Below are positions 15,201-27,200 of a DNA stretch of 64,000 nt, piece after piece. The stretch's first letter is position 1; every line of letters starts with the position of its first letter. Source of the DNA: Phallusia mammillata (Eukaryota); NCBI GenBank assembly GCA_965637545.1, contig OZ281497.1, forward strand, positions 13,826,001 to 13,890,000, in the 5' to 3' direction. A model generated the notes under the pieces. It did no database searches. It was given only the letters and a program-made list of their open reading frames with translations, and was not told where the DNA came from. The translations under genes and the position numbers were made by a program.

Positions 15201-18200
15201 GTAAAAGTCTGTCCCATTGGTTAGATTGTTAAATTTGTGTCAGCAAAGAGGATAGCATCATTTCACTGTAGTGTCATAGTACAATGTTGTTTTTAGTGAA
15301 TATCAGTCACGAAACATTTAATGTACATCAAACTCATTGTACTTTAACTACAATCAAATTGTATGAGGAAATTCATTGGTAAACGTCATGATTAATTTCT
15401 ATTTAGAATTGTCCAACATGGCAATCATGGAGAGAGTGGAGTAGTTGTAGTCAGGCTTGTGGACGAGGTACAAGAAGACGAAGTAGGGATTGTGATGATG
15501 GGCTGATCGGTGAACCTGGATGTGAAGGTCCCGCTGTAATGGATGAATCCTGTATAAGAGGGGTAAGCGTGTTAGCAAAGTTGCGAAGTGCTCAGATGCT
15601 TCGAAGTCATTATACATCCAATACACTATTTTCCATGTGTACATATTGCCAAACTTTTGTACTCAGTGCATGCAGTAAATCAAAAGTCACGAAATAACAT
15701 AACTGTCATAAGTATGCGGTGATTTCGCGTTGTTTTGACCAAGCGAAAGGGACTAATTTTTTTATAACCAAATAACGATTTATCATGCGTCAGTGTCTTG
15801 AAAATTGTTTTCTATTGTAGTTCTGTCCGTACTTCAGCGAATGGAGTTTCTGGTCAAATTGTGATGTGACATGTGGTGGAGGCGGAACTCGAACCCGATC
15901 ACGACTTTGTGTGAATGAAAATCCACTGCTCGGACAAACATGTGAAGACGGTGCAACCAACGAACTGCAAAACTGCGGCGAACAGGTAATAAATAAATGC
16001 TAAACACAATTATCTGATTTTTTTAATGATAAAGTTCGGACAAAACTTAAAGTTTAAGGACAAATGGTAAATCGCTTTTTTAATCAGGCTAGAGTTAGAC
16101 CATCACGCAACAAAAAAATGGTATCTACGAAACTTTTGTTTCTCAAAAAGCAACAAATAGAATAGTTTGTAGTGCAAAGGAGTCCATTTTAATTTTGTGT
16201 TTAAACCTTTACAGTTACTAAACCTTTACAGTTAAGGCTTTTCACACACTCGTGCTTAAGGTTAATCGTGCTTAAGGTTGTTTTCTGCGCATTACAGAAT
16301 TGTCCTTCATGGAGCTTGTGGACATCATGGGATGCTTGTGATGTGGCTTGTGGTGGTGCGATTCGACACCGAACAAGGCAATGCAGGTTTGGATTCCCTG
16401 GTATGATTGGATGCACCGGGCAAACCTCACAGGACGATTACTGCAATTCTGAAGTACGTTGTTTGGATTTGCCAACGAAGTTTTTAATTACTTGTTGGGA
16501 AATATTTTAAATCTTGTCTTAACAGCCGTGTCCGACGTGGTCGAACTGGGGATCATGGACAGATTGCACTAAATCATGCGCCAGTGGACTTAAATCTCGC
16601 TCAAGAACTTGTACAAACGAAAACTCTCTACTTGAACTGTTTTGCGATGGATCTTCCAGTATGAGTGTGTTCTGTAATGTTATGGTAAGTCTAACTATTT
16701 CTTCTTCCTATGCACATTTGGGCTTAGTTTATTCAGTAGATTTAAAACCTAAAACGGATTTAATATTTTGCCTTTAAAGTGTGGTTTGAATTAAATCGTG
16801 ATTTTTGAGCTTTCGGGCAGTGTGAATGCAGGTTTATGGGTAGACTTCATGTAACTTATTTTTTGTGCGTAGGATTGTCCATTCTGGGAAGACTGGAGTG
16901 AATGGTCGAGCTGTAGCGTCCCTTGTGGTGGAGGATTAAGTCGTCGTGAAAGAATTTGCCAGAACGGTTACCCTGGTGATGAGGGTTGTCTTGGAGATCC
17001 TAAAGAACAAAGAGAATGCAACAGCAGGGTAAAAAATTGTGTTTTAGCTGCCAAATATGTTGAACTTGTTTGATTAACTTGCTTTCCTTTGAACTAATAC
17101 ATTCGTAACGTTTTATCGTATTTGGTTCAGTTATGTTCTTACTGGAGTGAGTGGGAGAATTGGTCACGGTGCAGCAGTGATTGTGGTCGTGGAGAAAGAG
17201 GCCGTGAACGAACCTGTGTAAACGAAAACGAAGAAAATCCATGTATCGGAGGAAACTCACAAATTGAAGACTGCATCATTGGCGTAAGTTAACACCCCTG
17301 ACAGAATAAACCACATGGTGCTTTCCGTTTGATTTCAAAACCATTTGCTCACTTTGTATTTTAGTACTTGCATGCAAATCGTTAATATGTTTACTTTGCT
17401 GAGAGTATTTGAACTGAACAGTGCTTGGAAAATGCTTTCCATTCTTAGTTATATTTACTTTGCAAATCGAAATTTTACTAAAATTAGTTTAAGTTTTTGT
17501 TGAGAATCTTGATTTAAACATCAAATCGTTAAATCCGTTTTTGTTTGCTATTATAGAACTGTCCGTTCTGGAACGACTGGTCGGAATGGAGTAGTTGTTC
17601 TGCTACATGTGGTGGCGGAAGTCAAGATAGAACACGAAGATGTGTGAACGGTGTTGCTGGTGTCGGGTGCGAGGGTGAAGGTTCAGACTTAAGAGATTGC
17701 CAAATCCAGGTTAGTATTATAAATATCTTCCGTTTGCCGTGCGAAGGAGAGATATGTTAACTTTTTATGTATTATGTTCAGAGTTGTCCAACTTGGTCCT
17801 CGTGGGGAAATTGGACAGATTGCTCTAAATCGTGTGGAGGTGGCCGACGAACTCACAGCAGATTGTGCATCAATGGACTTCCTGGTGATTACGGTTGTCA
17901 TGGACCGGTCACGACCGACCAGTTCTGCAACGGCCACGTAAGTACAAAACCGTTTTAATTTTTGTTCATACGTTTAAGTCCAGTAAAAATGAACTTACGT
18001 TTTGAAACGTTTGTGTGCTTGTCATAATTAATTATGATGTATAAATGTAGTTCACCTAATCAGCGACATTTTTTACAACTTAGTCATGTCCGTACTGGTC
18101 AAACTGGAATTTCTGGAGTGGATGCAGTCATACCTGCGGATCGGGAAGCACTTCCAGATCTCGTCAGTGCATTAACGGAGTCGACGGAGAAGCAGGTTGC

Positions 18201-21200
18201 TTAGGAAGCGCAGGAGAAACAGCGACATGTAGTGACAGGGTACTACTTATTGTTATATTTTAACAATTTTCTGCAAAAAAACTTGTTGAATAAAGGTTTT
18301 GCTGTTGCAATAACGTACAATGGCAAAGTTAAAACCAGCAAATATTTCAAGTTACTAGTTATATTGAAAAGGAAAAGAAAACTTCAATATTATGTAATAG
18401 GCTATTGCTGCCAGGCATACTGTATAACAAAGTATTGCTCATCCAGCAGTTTTTATTATAAATAATCGACGTTTCGACGTCCTATACAAGACGCCTTCAT
18501 CAGGATAATGACGTAACTTGGAGAACAAAATTCTTATAAAGCGACAAATTGCAAAACACACACACAAAAATAGCGATAAGAAGATCGCGCGGCTGCAAAC
18601 TCGCACCACGCAATGATAACACAGCTCAGTGCTGTAAATTATCGGGCGCTTTTACAGCACTGAGCTGTGTTATCATTGCGTGGTGCGAGTTTGCAGCCGC
18701 GCGATCTTCTTATCGCTATTTTTGTGTGTGTGTTTTGCAATTTGTCGCTTTATAAGAATTTTGTTCTCCAAGTTACGTCATTATCCTGATGAAGGCGTCT
18801 TGTATAGGACGTCGAAACGTCGATTATTTATAATAAAAACTGCTGGATGAGCAATACTTTGTTATATTCAATATTATGTGTTCGCCCGTGACTAAAACGT
18901 TGTTTTTATCCTTTCTCGGTTGACCACGAAAAAAATCAAAAACATTCATCTGATATGCACGTTACAATTCTAACGGTATTCCAACATTAAGGCATGTCCG
19001 GAATGGGATTTCTGGACCAACTGGTCGCAGTGTTCAAAATCTTGCGGTAGTGGATATCAGTCACGTGCCAGGACATGCATCAATGGGCGTCCGGGTCACA
19101 CCGGATGCGATGGACTCGATTACGAGGAACTTGATTGTAATACTCAAGTAAGTTATCCTCTGAAAAAAAATTCAATTGTCGTCTGAGTACACAACGAAAA
19201 ATGTTCGCAGGAATGTTCTGTCTGGCGAGAGTGGGTTGCTTGGTCGGTGTGTAGTAAATCTTGCGACGGTGGAGTACGCAGCAGGTCGAGAACTTGTACA
19301 TCGTTTGGTGGGTGCACTGGACATAGTCAAGAAGAACAGTCGTGCGGCGATCGAGTAAGTGAAAACATATTACATTATTTTCTAATTCCGTTTACATACA
19401 TTTGATGCCCCTTTCCTCGTAAGTATGAGTAGAAATATTTCTATTTAGCAGTTTAAGTACTAAAAGGTGTTAATTAGAATGATTAAACTTTGTAATTATA
19501 AATTAATAAAACGTTTACAGCCTTGTCCAAGATGGTCTTTCTGGTCACCCTGGAGAGCTTGCTCGAAGACTTGTGGTAGTGGAAGCACAAGCAGAACCCG
19601 AACCTGCCTCAACGAAAACAGCTTGCTCGAAGAGTTCTGCGAAGGCCCTAAATCCGAAGATTCTGATTGTAACACTAGGGTCAGTAAAGCTGAAAACGTT
19701 ACACCTTGTGTTATTATTTAAAACGTTAACTGCAATTTGTCAAACTTAATCGCCTTAAAGACTGCGTTTAAAACGAATGACCTTACTCATTACAGAGTTG
19801 TCCAGTATGGCAGAACTGGAGTGAATGGTCAGTCTGCAGCAAAACTTGTGGATCAGGACGACAAGAACGAAGACGTACTTGTCAGAACGGAATAATGGGT
19901 GTTCCAGGATGCATTGGTTCAACCAGTGACTTCCAAACATGCAATACAGACGTAAGTGACACATGTAATATGAACCATCATCCGAAACATTGGATGTCTT
20001 TAAAACAACATATTAAAACAAATATGACACAGAGAACTACAGTGCATACAGTTTCCTGGCTGAATGAAAATTTACAATTAGGCTTTGCCACTTTGTTGTT
20101 TGTTGCGTACTTTTGATAATATAAAACGCAAGACTCGAATAGTAAACTTTGCGTTCACCAGGAATGCCCAACTTATTCAGACTGGGGTGAATGGACTGCG
20201 TGCTCGTCTGCCTGTGGGTTCGGAACAATCTCCAGATCCCGTGTTTGTTCGAGTGTAAACGGAGGTTGCAGAGGACCAGCTGAAGAAAACGACGTTTGTG
20301 AAGTCGGGGTGAGTATTCAAATGTCAATAAAAGACAACAAATTTTCGATTAAAATTGCTTTAGTTTCAAAAGAAACCAAAGCTTCTAACAAAGCTCGAAC
20401 GTCTAAATTCATTACTTAGAACACAATGATGTAGTTAAATGATAGTCACAGATAGTGCATTGTTAATCGTGTATATTTTCATAGAACTGTCCATACTGGA
20501 GTCACTGGGGTTCATGGTCTCAGTGCAGCCTGACATGTGGAAGTGGATCCTATGCGCGTGAACGTATTTGTGTGAACGGACAGGATCCCGCAGACTGCCC
20601 TGGAGAACCGAGCGAACTAGCAAACTGCAATACCCAGGTACACATTATGTCAACAACATGTACTCGGATCAATACATATTAAAAGATGTTACAATTGTTT
20701 TACCGTTTTGCCAACTTATTTGAACAGTTAATGTTGCAAAAACATATGAATGTTTTTCTTTTTGTAACAACTCTGCCGTTAAGTGTTACCAAACAATCCT
20801 ATCAAATCAAAACTTGTAAGCAAATTAAACTTGTTTATTGTGGTTTAAGCCCTGCCCGATACTTTCCGATTTCAACCCGTGGAGTGATTGTAGCGCTACT
20901 TGTGGCGGCGGTGTACGAAAAAGATCACGTGCCTGTATGGCTGGCAAGTGCGTGGGAAGTCTTGATGAAGAGGCCGAGTGTAATGTGCAGGTACGTGATT
21001 TCAATTGCTTAACAAAACCAAATAAACTAACTATGGGTTATTATTTTTCCGGCTGTTTAAAAACGCGATCAGTCATATTGATGCGTTTAAACAGTTTCTT
21101 GGCAAATACTTTATTATGTTAACACTGCAATATTTATATTTACCGGTTTTGGATTTTTTTGACAAGTTATGGTTTGAAAGCGAAAAAGCGGCTTGAAAGT

Positions 21201-24200
21201 TTTCTTTTACAAACTCATGACTTGTTTTATGTTTAGCCGTGTCCTGCTTGGACATCTTGGTACGAATTCGGACCATGTTCCCATTCTTGTGAAGGAGGTT
21301 TAAGGATCCACTACAGACAGTGTCTCCATGGCGACCCTGGTGATCGTGGATGCGAAGGAAGCAATAACGAAACTGATGTTTGTAACCAACAGGTAAATGC
21401 AGGTCAAATGCTAAATAACCATGTAGGTCTACCATATGGTGTAGCTGCTAGATTAATGTTGGATATGCCTAAAAGGTAATGTGGGCAATTGCTAAAAGTA
21501 AGCAGTTTGCTAAATGAAACGAACGAACTAATATATCTGACTTGTTTAGGAATGTCCCGAATTCGGTCCATGGTCAGAATGGGGAGACTGCAGTATGACG
21601 TGTGGAGGAGGCGTACAAGTGAGAACGCGAAGCTGTGCCACATTTGGTTGTATTGGTCCATCACTTGGACAACGCAGCTGCGCTATCAACGTAAGTGTGG
21701 TCTACAGGGCAACGAATATTTGCTCAATTCTTATTCCAACCTACCACAAAGTGAAAAAACGTTTAATTTAAAATTTTCAACCAAACTTGCAACACTTCTT
21801 TGAAATGATACCGTTTTTGCCTACGTTTATTGAAAACATAATCTAACACAAGAGCTCTTATTCAGACTCCAAAATTTAAATGAGTAGATAAACCATTTTG
21901 CTTGTAGGTTATAAATGCCAGATTATCAATAGTTATATTCATATTTGCAGTTTTGTTAACATCAACTATTTATCTTTAGCCATGTCCATATCTCTCACAA
22001 TGGTCGTCGTGGTCTGCTTGCAACGCTTCTTGTGGGTTTGGACTTCGCACTCACTCGAGAGTCTGCATTAACGGAGAGTTCGGTGACATCGGTTGTGAAG
22101 ACATACTAGTCGCCTTCGACGTGTGCGACCGCGGAGTAAGTATCCTAAATCGTTCGAAATCCTTTTGTCAAAAGTGTTTCTTCGATTTTTGAACCTTTTT
22201 GAACATGGATAATTACATTCTACCTTTTGCTTGCCTTTGATTGTCGTTACTTGGACAATAATGTCGCGTTTTAGCCAACATTGGCAATTTAAGTGCTCAA
22301 CTTTTATTTGAAAGGACTAGTTGGCATAGAAAATCACCATGGTTAATTTACTTGTAAATATTACTTGTTCTCATCATGGGAACCAAAATGATAAAAATAT
22401 TGGCTATTAAATTTTATCAGCCAAACTGTACGTAAATAACGTGTCCGGGAATTATAAACTCTTTTATTTTTGCAGGCTTGCAGATACTTCGGAGATTGGC
22501 AGAACTGGGGAGGATGTACCCTGACATGCGGCGGAGGAACAAGGTCCCGGTCACGTAGCTGCGTTGGAGGTGAAGTTGGAGAGGGTGGATGTATTGGAGA
22601 CGATACTGCCACTATTTCATGCAATCCACAGGTATGAATGGCAAACATGTATTTGTTAGCGAAATGTAAATATTTTCCGCTTATTTACCTATACTACTGT
22701 GTATGGCAAACAAGCTTCTTATAGAACGTCTAAAATTGTGATTATTTACTTATTTTAGATGATTAGTTTCATCATTAACGTCGAGTAAAGTTTTTTATAT
22801 TAACGACCAAAGTAAAATCTACACATAAACGAGTTTCATGCCAAACATTTCTTCGTTTTTTAATTGTTCTTGTAATAAATAAATTTTATCGTGTAGGATT
22901 GTCCTGTGTGGGATAATTGGCAAAACTGGGGAGACTGCTCAGCCACTTGCGGCGGAGGTAGAGTTGTCCGAAGAAGAGTTTGCCTGTTTGGTTTCTATGG
23001 CGACATTGGATGCCACGAAGGTTCACTAGAAGAATCTGACAGTTGCAATTCACAGGTCATTATATATTCTTCACTGACAATGTGTCACGTATTCAAGATT
23101 AGGCCACAAAGTTGGTCCATCAAATCTTTGTGGAAGCTTTTCTTTTGTACAAAGTTGAAGGCGACGTAACTAAATTTATAACATGCTGTAACTGAAGGTA
23201 TTGTTGAAGTCAAAAAAAATCTTTTTAAAAAAAACTGCTAAAAAGGAAAAGCTTAAAAAAATGTTTCTGCAAATACAAACTAAATATTCAAGAAGGTCTA
23301 CGTAAAAACGAAAGATGTTTTTATTTAATCTTTCTTGTGCTTTCAGGAATGTCCGACTTGGTCTGGTTGGGCTTTATGGTCGGGATGTAGTGTTACATGC
23401 GGTAGAGGTGAAAGGACACACAGAAGAACTTGTTTGAACGGAGAAGTTGGTGACATCGGATGTAGCGGGGCCGTCGACAAAAAGACGGTCTGCATCCAAG
23501 GAGTAAGTAGTCAAGCACATTTATTCAAGCACATAACAACTTTTGTTTGAAAGCAGTGTGGTTGGTGGTTGAATAAGTGTTGTTTAATGAAATCCGTAAA
23601 GCTATACTGATTAAGATCAACAGCTAATTTTCGGTATCATCGGTTTTAACCGTGTGTACTTGTATTATAGGTTTGTCCATACTGGGCAGATTGGAGTACC
23701 TGGTCTGGTTGTAGCGAGCAATGCGGTGGAGGCACCAGGAATCGATACAGGAACTGTGTGAACGGAGGACCCGGTGATGGAGAGTGCACTGGACCTACTA
23801 GAGAAGAAGAAGTGTGCAACAACCAGGTAACAACCACATCACATCTTTTTTATCGTTGAACAAATATATAAGTGACATGGATCTGTCGAGTAAAGTCAGT
23901 ACTCCTATATCAGTTCCAAGCAACGCTGTTTTTTATTTGTGGTGCCGGACATAACATACGGATCACCCCCGTACGCAAAACCGGCAAAATATCAGCTTAA
24001 ATACAAAAAAATCAGGGGGGAGGATGGTGTTACGGTATATACTTTATAAGTTTTATTAACTTAGCTTTAATATGCTAGGTTCCCATACAACCAATAACTC
24101 CTTTTGGTTAGACAGTACTTGTGATTACGGTAATCTTGACTTGTGCAACAATTGTGAATATCGTGGTTGAAGAAATTGCATATGTAGGCTTGTTCGGCTT

Positions 24201-27200
24201 GGTCGGATTGGAACACTTGGTCATCCTGCTCTCAAACTTGCAACGGTGGCGTTCGAACGAGAGAACGGAATTGTCTCAATGGTGATGTTGGAAGCAAGGG
24301 ATGTCGTGGTATTGCTGCTGCGGAGGAATACTGTAATGCATTGGTAAGTAGTTGTTCTTTTTGAAATGTTTTTTGTAATATCTGTCACGTTAAATAGAGT
24401 TTTGCCGCCGAAAATCAAGCAACAGACACAAACAAGATGTCCGAGTTATAATTACAAATTTGCAAATGATTTTAGTGCACACTATTAAGCATTGGGTGTG
24501 ATTACCAATTGGGAAATACATAAGCTGTTATATGTTTTATAGACATTTTACTATGCTGCTTTCTTTTTTAAGGTTAATGGAAATTTACGCCATTGTCAAC
24601 GAATGTTTAAATCGTTTGCATTGAGATTCTGTTAAAATAGCGATATGAACATTTCAATGATTTTGTTTAGCCATGTCCGACCTGGTCAACTTGGTTGAGT
24701 TGGGGACGTTGCACGGAAGATTGCGGTGGCGGTTCACGAACCAGGACGAGGTTTTGTATCAACGGCGACCCAGGTTTACTTGGCTGTGAAGATGGTGGAA
24801 TTGATGAAGCTGAACTTTGCAACAATTTCGTAAGTTCATTTCTCCTAATTCTCCCTTTAAAATGGCCACAAGTATAAAAGATTGTTCTTCTAAGGACTGT
24901 CCTTCATGGTCTGATTGGGAGCAATGGGGAACTTGCACAGCATCATGTGGTCCAGGATATCGCAGAAGAACCAGAGTTTGCTTCTCATCAGAGTTCGGTT
25001 TAACACGCTGTAACGGAGACAGCGAGGAATACGAAGATTGCAATGATCGCGTATGTTTCTGTTTAGAATTTTACATTCTTCTGGTTTTTGCGCGTGGTGG
25101 AAAAGCATCGTTTTAGTATAGTATTAAAAAAGCCTAACCGTATAAAGTGATTTGACAACCAGTGATAAATTTTGTAGCTTTATTCTGCTTTATTTGCTTG
25201 TGTCACGTGTTTTAAGGCCAACATGCGCCATTTTCAAATTGAAAATATCTCAAATTAGGATGCACAGTTTACCTAAAAAAAATAATTTAAAAGTTAAAAA
25301 TTTGAGCATAACGTAGCGATTACCCTTTGTGACATACTTTAATTAAAGCGTCTTACTTCTTTTCCGTTTGTAAAGTTTGTACAAAACGTAAATTTCATTT
25401 TAGACTTGCCCGTCATGGGGAGCTTGGAGCAGTTGGACTGGATGCAGTCTTACATGTGGAAGAGGAGAAACTTCGAGAAGCAGAATATGTTTGGGTAGTG
25501 AAGCTGGTGAAGGAGGTTGTGAAGGACAAGCATCGGTGATCGTTTCTTGCATCAGAGGAGTAAGTACCAATAATATGTATTTGTAAACAGTTTAATTTCG
25601 TCTTTTTCGTCTTTTCAAAGAAATGCAATCGGAAACAACTCCTGGTTTGAAATCATAAACAGCCTTAACCACCCCGTATAAAAATAAAACTAATAGAACT
25701 AAAATGCTCAACAAACTTTTCACATGCTTTAAAAGTTCAAGCAACGGTGCTGTATGTAACCTCGTATGTTTATTGTACATGAATAGCTAAAATTTGACTT
25801 GAAAACCAAACAAATAAAACCTTTGCATTAAAATAACAATTTAGCATATTGGCTTTAATTTTGAATTTTTTCTTCCAGCAATGTCCGTTCTGGAGTGACT
25901 GGGCTCCATGGAGTGATTGTAGCGCCTCATGTGGTGGAGGTAACCAGAGACAATCCCGACGTTGTATGAATGGAAGAGCTGGTGATTCGGGATGCGAAGG
26001 TGAAGATATTGATCTGAGGGTCTGCAACCTTAACGTAAGTGACAAGAGTTTTTAAATCTTTTAAAAGTGTTACATTCCTTTACTGTTTATCTTTTAGGCT
26101 ATAACTTATGCAAACATTGGTAAAAGATTGATGCACGTTGAGAAAAGATGTTTGTGAAACGTTTCTTGTTGCTAAAGTATATTGATTATGCTCTATTTTA
26201 ATCAGTACATGTATTGTATAAATCGTATAGTAACCTCTCTTAGTGGCCTGAAACAACTTAAACAAGCATGTTTACGAGAGTCAGGCACAAATAAATTGCT
26301 AAAGTTTTAATTCTTGTAGTTTAGTCGAACCAAAGTTTCAGACAAAACCCTTTGAAACTGTTTTCGACTTTTATAGACTTGTCCAACATGGACCGCGTGG
26401 GGCAACTGGACGACGTGCAGTTTAACTTGTGGTGGCGGAGTTCGATCCCGACGCAGACTGTGCGCGTTTGGTGAAATCGGCCAGTCCGGATGTCATGGTA
26501 AAGAATTGGAAAACTCGTACTGCAACGGACACGTAAGGACCTAGACGAAAACAATATACGAGCAAGAGGATTAGAATGTACGTTTTTTTAGGTTTGTCCA
26601 AACTGGTCGCCATGGAGTCCGTTTAGTGAATGTGACGTCAGCTGCGGTGGTGGCATTCAAAGCAAGGTCAGACAATGTTTGAATGGGGTACAAGGTCAAC
26701 GTGGATGTATTGGACCTCTACAAACATTCGAAAGTTGTCGGGAAGTGGTAAGTTTGCAGTTAAAACTTCCTACTGATTTTTTTAGGAATAAATATTTTGC
26801 TTACCCAACCATAAGTGCATGTATAAAAGTGTTTATATTTCCGTTGCAAATGATTCATTATGATTTTTTTTGGATTTTTTTTAAGAGTGCGATACATAAA
26901 ATATTTCTAAATATCTTTCCTGCTACTGACACAAACATAGTGCTTGAAAACTAGTTTTTGGGTTTAACTTACCTAATACATTGGTTTTTATTCCACCATT
27001 GGTTTTGAATTTTTAGGTTATGCTGTAGTGAGTAAGTTTAATGACTACAAACTACCTTATAGCACCTTCTTGTTTTAGCCGTGTCCTACTTGGAACGAGT
27101 GGGAATCGTGGTCAACTTGCAGCAGACGTTGTGGTGGTGGACGCAGACAAAGAGTCAGGTTGTGTCAAAATGGTCTGCCCGGTGACGTAGGCTGTGACGA

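Larger units (their letters stand above)
18396..18866. mobile_element. Fold-back (palindromic) insertion with 13-bp TSD, probably derived from a Penelope-like element (intron 44)
   Basis: Arms 18423-18638 and 18651-18866 are exact reverse complements by eye (216 bp each) around a 12-nt loop. The direct repeat TTCAATATTATGT flanks the insert at 18383-18395 and 18867-18879. Each arm carries a hammerhead-type core. Confidence 0.85.
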
